Shown here in pieces: positions 44,557-53,576 of a stretch of 64,000 nucleotides of DNA. A program made the position numbers and the translations under genes. The stretch lies in NCBI GenBank assembly GCA_964507055.1, contig CAZDOJ010000001.1, forward strand, positions 13,210-77,209. The letters are read 5' to 3'. The DNA comes from an uncultured Gammaproteobacteria bacterium (GTDB lineage Bacteria > Patescibacteriota > Microgenomatia > Levybacterales > UBA12049). Within the stretch, counting starts at the first letter, position 1; every line of letters begins with the position of its first letter. Under the pieces are notes generated by a model. It had not been told where the DNA came from. It was given only the letters and a program-made list of their open reading frames with translations, and searched no databases.

Positions 44557-46401
44557 ATGGTAGAACAATCAAGAAGAATTGCACCACAGGGAAGTCGTAC
44601 TTTTCGTGGTACAGATGTGTCCGCAATGCATGCAGAAATGCAAGGTATCCTTACGGCTTCGAGAGATAATGATCCGCATGCCTCCACAATAGACTCATAT
44701 AGAAAGATTGCTGATGCACTTCCTCTACGGGTTCCAGCTGCTACATACCAAGCCGTTAGTGAATCTATCAATAATCCTGATCCCGTGATTTCAAAAGCTG
44801 GGAAGGAAGTTTTTACTTGGCTAAATATAAAGACTGTAATTTCAGTTGCAGAAAGATATTCGGGAGAAGGTTTGGGAGATGTTGAAGATTTCGCTCAGGA
44901 AGGGGTTACTATCCTTTATGAAAATGTAGACACAATTCATCAGAGGGCAGATAGTTCTATGTATACTTATCGTTTGGCTGAAGAGGCTCTGACTAATAGT
45001 ATTGCTCGTGAGCATGGATTTAGTGTTACTATGAGCGAAAATAGAGTTGCATTACCTATTGGTCAGACCGTGACTGAATTATTTGATAATGCTCCCTTAG
45101 GGGTTGATGAAGTAGGGCTTGAAAGGCAAGCAGTAGTATTAGCACAGAAATTTGGAATTACTGAAGATGCTGCATTTAAATATCTCTCAAGGAGGAGTGC
45201 ATTGCAGCCAATTCACGAAAGTAAGATGCAGCCAGAACGTGAGGATACAGAGGTAATAGAAGATATTATGGTTTTAGATGAGCTTCTGAGGATGCTTCCT
45301 GAAAGGAATGAACAAATGCTGCGGATGAGATTTGGGAATGGTTTTACACTAGATGAAATTGCCCAACGCTACAACCTGGTTCCTGAACGTGCTCGTCAAA
45401 TAATTGCTAAAACAATTAAATCATTACAGCATGAGCAAGTTATCGATTTTGTTACAGGGGGAGTTAAACCCGCATCTCGAAGTCAGCGAATAATGACATC
45501 AGATGGAGAAGAGGGGCAGGATATTGAAGATGTCATCCGCGAAAAGCGTTTGGCTGGATATGGTGAATCTGGATCAGGTTCGTGGGCTGAATCTAGAAAG
45601 GAATTGGCTAATATTGCACATGCATTCTTAGCTGAGCCGCAAATTGGGTATCCGGAAATTGCAAATAGGCTTGGAATTACAGTAGATAAAGTAATTTATA
45701 GTGTACAAACTCTTCGTTCAAAATATTTGTTACCAGATGCTAATGCAGGTAAGCATGCAAAAATAACTCCCGATGATGGCAACAGAACATTGCAGGAAAG
45801 ACTACATTCACGATATGAAAGACAAGAATCCGAGATTGTAGTTCCGCCAATTCAGGGGGAAAGAGAAACAAGTACTATCCCAGCAATTGAGGACACTTCT
45901 TCTAAATCGAAACCACCATCAGAAAGAACACTTCGTGCTTTAATTTTGCAAAAACAAGCGTGGAAGTTACAGCAAGAAGACGGAAAAACGTACGATGAGA
46001 TTTCTGAAATACTCAATGTTAGTCTAGGATCCATACGAAGATATCTTCAAAACGAACGGCGAGACCTTGGTCTTGCAAATCAGACGAATGTCGGACGTCC
46101 TAAAGATCCTGAGGTGCAAGCTAGAAGAGCCGTTTTGGCTGAGAGAATTAAAGCTGGTGAGCCTCTTAGAGTTCATGGATTTGCTAAAGAGTTTGGTACT
46201 ACTGTAGGTACTATAAATTTTGATATACGTGAAATTTTGAGTGGATATCATACTTCTTCATCAGAGACAACAATATTTTCTCAAGAAGAACATGCTTCGC
46301 AACAGCCTAAACTTGAGGAGCCAGAGGTTACGATCGCTGATGTAGCTGTCGATTGGGATGGTACCGATGATCCTGAAGCAGGTCCTCAACGAACTTTATA
46401 A
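44557..46401 (+). CDS. tail-family protein T15: sigma-70-family N-terminal half + extra HTH modules
   Basis: Region 2-like NIKTVISVAERYSGEGLGDVEDFAQEGVTILYENVDT. Region 4.2-like LPERNEQMLRMRFGNGFTLDEIAQRYNLVPERARQIIAKTIKSL. Further HTH-like segments are present. C-terminus VAVDWDGTDDPEAGPQRTL. Confidence 0.8.
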   Translation: MVEQSRRIAPQGSRTFRGTDVSAMHAEMQGILTASRDNDPHASTIDSYRKIADALPLRVPAATYQAVSESINNPDPVISKAGKEVFTWLNIKTVISVAERYSGEGLGDVEDFAQEGVTILYENVDTIHQRADSSMYTYRLAEEALTNSIAREHGFSVTMSENRVALPIGQTVTELFDNAPLGVDEVGLERQAVVLAQKFGITEDAAFKYLSRRSALQPIHESKMQPEREDTEVIEDIMVLDELLRMLPERNEQMLRMRFGNGFTLDEIAQRYNLVPERARQIIAKTIKSLQHEQVIDFVTGGVKPASRSQRIMTSDGEEGQDIEDVIREKRLAGYGESGSGSWAESRKELANIAHAFLAEPQIGYPEIANRLGITVDKVIYSVQTLRSKYLLPDANAGKHAKITPDDGNRTLQERLHSRYERQESEIVVPPIQGERETSTIPAIEDTSSKSKPPSERTLRALILQKQAWKLQQEDGKTYDEISEILNVSLGSIRRYLQNERRDLGLANQTNVGRPKDPEVQARRAVLAERIKAGEPLRVHGFAKEFGTTVGTINFDIREILSGYHTSSSETTIFSQEEHASQQPKLEEPEVTIADVAVDWDGTDDPEAGPQRTL

Positions 46402-46442
46402 TTTATCTTTCCGCCTCATCCTATGGTATAATCTTGCCCAAT

Positions 46443-48695
46443 ATGATTGAACGGAGACCTCAAATGAAATCGGCAGTCTTTACCGGAGATGTTGATGGCA
46501 TTGATCCTTATGGTACATTGGCAGAATATGTAAAAGTTATTGATACTGTGGCTGCGATTCGCACTCCAGAAGATCGTATTCAGGCAAGACATGTATTACG
46601 TCGGATGATTATTGGATTTCCTCCTCACATTTCTCCCGCAGCTTTCATTAAAAATGAACATGCAGAGCTTGCTCTTACAGATGAAGAGCGAAGGATACAA
46701 GAACAAGATACAATTGATAGAAAAGCCAAACAAGAAGCAATTGATGCAGATATTGCTTCAGGTACATATCCTTGGCAAGCACATGCACGGCATAATGAAG
46801 AAAGCAGAGTCAATACACATCTCATTGGGTTTTACGGAGATGAAGCTTTACAACCACTCTATGGACCTCCTTATTTTGAATCAACTCACGGACAAAAAGA
46901 AGTCCATTTAATACATTTGGATATCAAGCCAGTTGAGGGAGAAGTGCGAAAGAGTGCACATTGGGATGCGTTACCAGAAGATCTTCGAGAACAGTTTGAG
47001 GGAGGATCAATCCCAATCACCGGAACGACTGACCTTTATGCATTAACAGATGAGGAATTAGACAACCTTGCAGTGTCCGAAGATCCATTCAAAATGCAAA
47101 AGCATATAAAAAAGAAACTTGCTCAAGCGGATGATGGATATTATGTTTTGTATTATAGTGATTTCCGCAATCCAGGAGGGAGAACTGGTGTCCTCATGCA
47201 ATCAAGGGATGGAGATATGCAACCTGTGACCACGAAAATTGGTGATGATGAATTTCTCATTGAAGCCAAATCGATAGGGACAAAATATGGTGGATTTGGA
47301 GGAAAGCATCGTCGTCAAAGTGGAAATGATGTCATTACGGGTGGGGGGACTGCTAGAGAATCCGTACGTGAAATTGAGCGCTTGGAAGAGACTGAATTTC
47401 ATGATGGTCCTCAACCAGTTGGTGCTATAACATTTCGCAACGAGGAAGGTGAAGATCAAGGTGTACTGCTTCGACTTACACCGTCAACTGTTCGTGCTGC
47501 TTTTACTATGCCAGATGCATATCCGAAAATTGATTCCCCTGATATTGCAAAGCGGGTTTTCGATATGTATACACAATTATTGGCTGATCAAACGCTTGGA
47601 GAAAATCCTTATATTATAGGTGCTCAATCTTCACATACGGAAAATATCCTCATTTGGAAAGATACGTATGGCTATACAGACTCAGCAGATAAAGCAGCTT
47701 TTCATGATGGTTCAGTGGTGAGTTATGAGAAGGACTTCAAGTTGCGTACGCCTAAAGAGTTTCTCATAGAATACATTGGGCTCGTAGGATATATTCCTGG
47801 AAGGAGCAAGGTAGAAAAACAATACTTTATTGATGGGCTTACTCGAGCTTTTGCCTCTCATGGCAAAAATATTGACCTCCATCCTGAAGATTATGATTTT
47901 GAGATTGCCGAAAAGCTTTGGGCAGAAGGGGGAATTGCATATTCTGTATTTAAGGCTAGAAGAGAACGAGGATTTGTGGCAGATGGAGTACTTAAAGATT
48001 TTACTGATTATGCTGCAAAGGTGAGAGATATATTTGGCGAAAAAGCAATGGGTTCTGAAGAATCATTTAAGCAGAGGATGGAAGATATGGTTGCAACTGT
48101 GAAGAAACAGCTTCTTGAGAAAAGAAATAAAACCAGTGACATTGACGCCCAAAGAGAAATCAATAGTATATTAGCAGAACTCGGAGGAAATAATTTTTTG
48201 AATGGAAGTAATGGATATGATCTCATTTCGAATACGTTTTCACAAAATCATGGAGAAACACAGGAAGATAATGAGCTTATTCAAAACGCTGAAGATATTA
48301 AGACGATACAACAGCTATTTTTCATACATGAATTATATTTCGATCATGAAAGTGATGTAGTATCTGGTGCGTTGAAAAGTTGCCCTGAAGAAGAACGTGA
48401 AAATGTTGAAGATGCAAAAGCGGAGGTTGGTCGAAAACTAGATGAAGCATTTATACTTCGCACGCCAGAAGGACTTTATCGAGCTCTAACAGATGCGGAA
48501 TATGTGCGAGAGTTGATAACAATGGAGGTATATTCACAAGGCTCAGAATTATCTACAGATATTGAAGCTCATCCCGAACAAGTGATCTTCGATCCACGAC
48601 AATATGGATCATCGACTGAGTTTTTTTTAGCTGATGCCCAGATAGACTGGGCTGGAATAGAAGATCCTGATCCTGGATCACAACGAACGCTTTAG
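46443..48695 (+). CDS. tail-family protein T16 (750 aa, unknown)
   Basis: The ATG at 46443 lies 10 nt after TGgTATAAT (46424-46432); the track TTG at 46434 abuts the -10. C-terminus AQIDWAGIEDPDPGSQRTL. Confidence 0.85.
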   Translation: MIERRPQMKSAVFTGDVDGIDPYGTLAEYVKVIDTVAAIRTPEDRIQARHVLRRMIIGFPPHISPAAFIKNEHAELALTDEERRIQEQDTIDRKAKQEAIDADIASGTYPWQAHARHNEESRVNTHLIGFYGDEALQPLYGPPYFESTHGQKEVHLIHLDIKPVEGEVRKSAHWDALPEDLREQFEGGSIPITGTTDLYALTDEELDNLAVSEDPFKMQKHIKKKLAQADDGYYVLYYSDFRNPGGRTGVLMQSRDGDMQPVTTKIGDDEFLIEAKSIGTKYGGFGGKHRRQSGNDVITGGGTARESVREIERLEETEFHDGPQPVGAITFRNEEGEDQGVLLRLTPSTVRAAFTMPDAYPKIDSPDIAKRVFDMYTQLLADQTLGENPYIIGAQSSHTENILIWKDTYGYTDSADKAAFHDGSVVSYEKDFKLRTPKEFLIEYIGLVGYIPGRSKVEKQYFIDGLTRAFASHGKNIDLHPEDYDFEIAEKLWAEGGIAYSVFKARRERGFVADGVLKDFTDYAAKVRDIFGEKAMGSEESFKQRMEDMVATVKKQLLEKRNKTSDIDAQREINSILAELGGNNFLNGSNGYDLISNTFSQNHGETQEDNELIQNAEDIKTIQQLFFIHELYFDHESDVVSGALKSCPEEERENVEDAKAEVGRKLDEAFILRTPEGLYRALTDAEYVRELITMEVYSQGSELSTDIEAHPEQVIFDPRQYGSSTEFFLADAQIDWAGIEDPDPGSQRTL

Positions 48696-48731
48696 AAATG
48701 TCAGGTTTGTTGAGCTAAATTTTGCTATAAT
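48693..48731 (+). promoter_or_regulatory. junction repeat TAGAAATGTCAGGTT + TGcTATAAT (T17)
   Basis: A 15-mer at 48693-48707 that includes the T16 stop codon and is identical to 50766-50780. The -10 element is at 48723-48731. Confidence 0.55.
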
Positions 48732-48737
48732 CCCCGA

Positions 48738-50768
48738 ATGAAAGAACTACTCAGAGCGAGAAAATCATTTTTGAGAGGAGAACCCCTCCGTCATAATCCT
48801 GGTGATGATGATCGGACCCAGGATAAATTTGCTAACGTACCACATGGTGGTCCCCAAAAAGAAGGAAGATTACCAGGAGAAAGAATTAGTGATCAACAGC
48901 GTGATGAGGTGCTATCCGGAGTTCTCAATAGTGAAGTAAAGATGCTCGTTTTGGCGGGAATGGTTCTGGACCCTGAAGTATACACTGCTGGAGATCTCGA
49001 TAGTATGATACGGGATATGCAACGTGGACAAAAAGGTTGGAATTTAAGTAGCAACATAGCATTCGGGTACTGTCTCAATTCTTTCGATGGGATTGGACTA
49101 GTCGCAAAAAGTGAACCTGTAAACGATCGGACGACCTTGGGATTTAAAGCAACACAAAGAGGCAAAGACACGTTACCAGTTATTGGACATCTCTTGGATT
49201 TCTCACTGAAACATCCAGATATAGCTTTGCGGCGTGTCTTTTCAACAACTGCTTCTCCTTCAAAGGCCACGGCTGAAGGCGAACAAGCTGGAGACTATAA
49301 AGTCCGTGCTCCCAAAAGACGATTTCGTATTCTTAAAGCACTCGTCGAGAACGAGGGGCCACTACGTGAGTCAGATATGCGAAAGCTTGTAAATAATTCA
49401 TCTGTTGAGTTGCATCTGGAAAGCCTTCATAACATTGGGCTTATAACTTATGAGAACACAAGAGTTGGTGCAGATCATATCACCTATACAGTTATTCCAG
49501 ATGCTATCTCTGATGTTCATGCTCTGCCTTCTATTCCAACGTCAACCGATAACCAGCTGCAATTACGTGCAGCATATATTACCTCAAAACTTTCGGGTGA
49601 AATTTCTCCAAAAGATGTATATGAACGATTAGTCGCTTTATTCCCACAATATAAAGAACGGGATCCTCGTGGTACAGAAAAGGTAATAAATAGAAAGCTC
49701 CATCACATGTCAATGCATGGATTTATAGAAAAAGGGAAACGCACAATAGACCGAAAAACAGATATCTCAGTAACTGAAGAACAGCGAGAAACTATAGCTG
49801 AGATCGTGGGAATTATTGATGCATTTCAGGCAGGAGATCCGACATTCTTAGCAGAAGGAGAACAGAAAGCTCGACGAATTATCCAAAATCCTGAGGCAGC
49901 AGCTACTCTTATGCGTAAGGCTCAGGAAAGTTCGCATACAGCTCTTGCTCTTGGTCAAGCAGAATTGAAGAGAAGATTAGTGACTTTTGCTGAACAAAGC
50001 GAAGGTCCGATAACAAGTGTGCTTGCTGCTGAATATCTGGAGCATCGTGTGGGTAAAAGTTATGCTGGTGCGATATTACGAGAACTTGCAAGAGAAGGAA
50101 AGATACAGGTTGAATCACGGGGTCAAGTTATAAGATATGGTCCTGTCGCTCCGCAGGAACAAGAGATCCCTTTGCCTGAAGATAAGCGAGGTTTAGAACA
50201 AGTTGCAGTTACGGTAAATGCGGAGATTAAGCCATTTGCTGATGGTATCAAGTTGCTTCTTGCTGCATATGCTTCACATACCGATCCTCAGTCAGAATCA
50301 GCTCTTGAAGTAATGGATCAAATTCGTTCTGTACGAGCACTGCCTGAATATGCACATCTCATTTCGAAACGTGATCAGATAGAACAACGGCTTGCTGTTA
50401 TTGCATCAGAAGAGGCTGGTATCGAGTTAGCGAATGAAGAACCCGTTGTAGAAACAGAAGTTGAGATGCAAGAAAATACGGAGGTTGTTCTGAAACCCCA
50501 AAATAGTCCAAAATCGAAGACAGTTGAGCTTCGTGAGCGAATTCAAGCCTTTAAGGATTTAGGAGTATCTGATTCTAGCGAAATTGCACAATGGATGGGT
50601 GTAAGTAGATCTACCATCACAAGACATATTCGGCAGATGCAAGCACAAGAAACACAAGAAGAACCCATACTTCCTGCAGTTGAAGATCAGCCATTAAGTG
50701 CATTAGATGCTGGGATTGATTGGAGTGGAGATGATGATCCTGATCCCGGTTTACAAAGAACACTTTAG
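48738..50768 (+). CDS. tail-family protein T17 (family C, winged-helix/HTH-rich)
   Basis: The first ~130 aa are homologous to T18. HTH-like segment SEIAQWMGVSRSTITRHIRQM. C-terminus AGIDWSGDDDPDPGLQRTL. Confidence 0.85.
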   Translation: MKELLRARKSFLRGEPLRHNPGDDDRTQDKFANVPHGGPQKEGRLPGERISDQQRDEVLSGVLNSEVKMLVLAGMVLDPEVYTAGDLDSMIRDMQRGQKGWNLSSNIAFGYCLNSFDGIGLVAKSEPVNDRTTLGFKATQRGKDTLPVIGHLLDFSLKHPDIALRRVFSTTASPSKATAEGEQAGDYKVRAPKRRFRILKALVENEGPLRESDMRKLVNNSSVELHLESLHNIGLITYENTRVGADHITYTVIPDAISDVHALPSIPTSTDNQLQLRAAYITSKLSGEISPKDVYERLVALFPQYKERDPRGTEKVINRKLHHMSMHGFIEKGKRTIDRKTDISVTEEQRETIAEIVGIIDAFQAGDPTFLAEGEQKARRIIQNPEAAATLMRKAQESSHTALALGQAELKRRLVTFAEQSEGPITSVLAAEYLEHRVGKSYAGAILRELAREGKIQVESRGQVIRYGPVAPQEQEIPLPEDKRGLEQVAVTVNAEIKPFADGIKLLLAAYASHTDPQSESALEVMDQIRSVRALPEYAHLISKRDQIEQRLAVIASEEAGIELANEEPVVETEVEMQENTEVVLKPQNSPKSKTVELRERIQAFKDLGVSDSSEIAQWMGVSRSTITRHIRQMQAQETQEEPILPAVEDQPLSALDAGIDWSGDDDPDPGLQRTL

Positions 50769-50804
50769 AAATGTCAGGTTCACTACAATGAAGTTTGTTA
50801 TAAT
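50766..50804 (+). promoter_or_regulatory. junction repeat TAGAAATGTCAGGTT + TGtTATAAT (T18)
   Basis: A 15-mer at 50766-50780 that includes the T17 stop codon. The -10 element is at 50796-50804, with the ATG 6 nt later. Confidence 0.55.
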
Positions 50805-50810
50805 CCCCAA

Positions 50811-53528
50811 ATGAAAGAACGATTTCGAGAAAGACGTATACAAAGGGAGGTTTTACGACATCATCCTGATCCGGGCGAACAGGATAAATTTTCGCAAGGT
50901 GGAGCACATCCTGAAGTTCCTGGTGAACGGAGAGAAAGAGTATCGACACAGAAGATTGATGAACTCCTGGCAGGAGTGTTTAATAATGAATCCAAGATGA
51001 TTGTCCTTGGTGGGATGATCCTCAATCCTCACTGGTATTCAGATCAGCAGCTTCATGATATGACAATGCGGATGCAACGAGGAGAGCGAGGATGGGGCAT
51101 TGGAAATCACATTCCCTTTGGTTACTGTCAGGATTCTTTTGATGATATCGGACTTGTTGCAAAAAATGAAATCGATGGGGCTCGCGATAGTTTAAAATAT
51201 CATGTGACCCAAGATGGTATTAGTGCACTTCCTGCTATTGGTCATCTACTTTCGTTTGTTGAAGAATCAGGCATCTCTTTGCATAGAACTTTCTCAACAA
51301 CGAGTACTCCTTCTTCAGCAGCGAGTATTGATTCTGAGGAAGAACATAATGATGATCGTGACATACGAAAACGTGCACCAAAGACAAGGTATAGAATTTT
51401 TAAACAATTACTTGCTCATGAAGGACCAATACAAAAAGTTGATTTACAAGAAAATCTCAACGTGAATGGGAGTTCTCTCGGGCACCATTTAAGAAACCTC
51501 AGTATTGAAGGTATGCTTGACTATCAAAGCTATTATGATGGTGAACCACTCGCTGTTACATATCGCATCAATGCAGATGCTTTTCAAAAGATAAACTATG
51601 ATGATCTTCCACGAGATGCAAGATCAACGATTACAACGATTACGAGACGAGTTGCTTTTATTGCTGCTCATATGGAAGGGACTGTTACTCCTGCTAAAGT
51701 GCATGAAAAATTGCTTGCTCTGTATCCTCAATATGCAGAGAGAACTGAGGGTCATGTTCGAAGCAGCGTGAATCGTGCCTTAACGCATCTTGCAAAACAT
51801 GAGTATCTACAGCGAGGAGAGATCTCTGCAGATCGTCCTTCATTAATCTCTTTAACTGATGAGCAGCGAGAAAGAATGCAACAACTTGTAACGATCATCG
51901 ATACATTCCAATCAGGTGATCCCGAATTCTTAGCACAAGGTGAGCAAAAAGCCCGCGAAATTTTAAATGATCCTCAAAGAGTAGCACGATTAATGAGACA
52001 CGCACAAGAAAATTCTAGAATAGCATTAGCTTTGGGGCCTGCGGAGTTAAAACAGATGATCATCGAAATCATTAAAGATAGTGACACACCATTATCCGGA
52101 GCGAGAATTGTGCCGTTGATGGACCATCGGATTGGACAGCCGTATGCAACAGCTTTATTAAAGCAATTATATGATGGTGGTGAAATAGCCTTGGTAAGTG
52201 AAGGAAGATCAAAATGGTATGGAAAACTTCAAGAAACAGGAGGTGTTGACGCATTACCCGAAGATAGAGATGGGTTAAGATCATCACTGCAACAAGTTAC
52301 TGCTGAATTTCAGCCATACGAAAATGGCCTGGGGCTTTTATTTGCTGCTTTAGACACGCATGATCCAGCGTCAGCAGATGCCCGAGAGGTTTTAAATCAG
52401 ATTGAATATGTCCGCATGGATCCTGAATATCGAAGACTTAAAGGTAGAATCGACACTATACAAGATAGGCTGGAGAGTTTCGCTGATGAAATTGAAGATG
52501 AAGCAGTTGCGGACGAAACTCAGGTTAGAAAAAGAACACCACGCCAAAGTTCGGTCGTCATTCGCCAACGGATAGATGCTTTTAGGGATTTAGGGATTAC
52601 CAATCAAAGCGAAATTGCACGTTGGATGGGCTTCTCTCCTGATAGTTTGAAATATCATTTCCAGTCGATGGACGATACGCTTAATAGAGCAATATCTCCT
52701 GAGCGAATGGCAAAAATTGATATATCCAGAGCATTGCGTGATCAGGATCAATTAACTCCCGCACAAATTGCAGAACGGATGGGTACCACTGAGAGTACAG
52801 CTCGTGCATATCTCGAACTTGCAGATGATGCTGAAAGGCTTGCAAATCAACGCGAAGTAACTTCTCCTTATCAAGATCGCCTTGTTAGAGTCCGCGAAAT
52901 GGAAGAAGAGTGGGGTGACATGATGCAAGTTACACCGATGGTTCATCAAATGGCTGCGGAGTTAGGCCTATCTGTTGCATCGATCCATAATTATCGAAGA
53001 GAACTTTTTGCGACACGTGCTCGAGCAGCAAGAGTACGGGAAGGCCAAATAGAACAGGTCCGAGCGATGACTGAAGAGTTACAGCAGCTTCCTAACCAAG
53101 AACGTGTATTAGTGATTGCTGAAAGACTAGGATTAAATCGATCAACTGTATATCGCTTTCAAGATAAAGCATTTGGAGTTGCAGAGCAAAGAAAAGTAGG
53201 AATTGCTGAGCGACGTGCACGGGTTGCCCAGCGTTCAGAAGAGCTTCGTGCAATGGGAATCCCTATAAAAGAAGCTGCAAAAGTTATTGCTGAAGAAGAA
53301 GGTGTCTCTCCTGGGACGATAATGTTGGACAGAAGAGCTTTATTACAATCACAGCGAGAAGCCACACAAGCAGAAAATCTATCATCTTCTGTAGAAGAAA
53401 CCATTGTTTATGAGGCAGATCATAGCTTGCCTGATCTTTCGTCAGAGCAATCATTAAATACCTTCAATGAAACAATTGACTGGTCTGGTGAAGATGATCC
53501 GGATATTGGACAACACAGGACACTTTAG
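50811..53528 (+). CDS. tail-family protein T18 (family C, multi-HTH)
   Basis: At least 5 HTH-like segments: IARWMGFSPDSLKYHF, IAERMGTTESTARAYL, MAAELGLSVASIHNYR, IAERLGLNRSTVYRF, IAEEEGVSPGTIMLDR. C-terminus ETIDWSGEDDPDIGQHRTL. Confidence 0.85.
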   Translation: MKERFRERRIQREVLRHHPDPGEQDKFSQGGAHPEVPGERRERVSTQKIDELLAGVFNNESKMIVLGGMILNPHWYSDQQLHDMTMRMQRGERGWGIGNHIPFGYCQDSFDDIGLVAKNEIDGARDSLKYHVTQDGISALPAIGHLLSFVEESGISLHRTFSTTSTPSSAASIDSEEEHNDDRDIRKRAPKTRYRIFKQLLAHEGPIQKVDLQENLNVNGSSLGHHLRNLSIEGMLDYQSYYDGEPLAVTYRINADAFQKINYDDLPRDARSTITTITRRVAFIAAHMEGTVTPAKVHEKLLALYPQYAERTEGHVRSSVNRALTHLAKHEYLQRGEISADRPSLISLTDEQRERMQQLVTIIDTFQSGDPEFLAQGEQKAREILNDPQRVARLMRHAQENSRIALALGPAELKQMIIEIIKDSDTPLSGARIVPLMDHRIGQPYATALLKQLYDGGEIALVSEGRSKWYGKLQETGGVDALPEDRDGLRSSLQQVTAEFQPYENGLGLLFAALDTHDPASADAREVLNQIEYVRMDPEYRRLKGRIDTIQDRLESFADEIEDEAVADETQVRKRTPRQSSVVIRQRIDAFRDLGITNQSEIARWMGFSPDSLKYHFQSMDDTLNRAISPERMAKIDISRALRDQDQLTPAQIAERMGTTESTARAYLELADDAERLANQREVTSPYQDRLVRVREMEEEWGDMMQVTPMVHQMAAELGLSVASIHNYRRELFATRARAARVREGQIEQVRAMTEELQQLPNQERVLVIAERLGLNRSTVYRFQDKAFGVAEQRKVGIAERRARVAQRSEELRAMGIPIKEAAKVIAEEEGVSPGTIMLDRRALLQSQREATQAENLSSSVEETIVYEADHSLPDLSSEQSLNTFNETIDWSGEDDPDIGQHRTL

Positions 53529-53534
53529 TAGCAG

Positions 53535-53570
53535 CCTGTAGTAGAATTTTGAGCCTAAATTTGGTATAAT
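53535..53570 (+). promoter_or_regulatory. island junction promoter: CCTGTAGTAG-N20-TATAAT (T19)
   Basis: Box at 53535-53544 and TGgTATAAT at 53562-53570. ATG follows 6 nt later. Confidence 0.55.
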
Positions 53571-53576
53571 CCGCAA

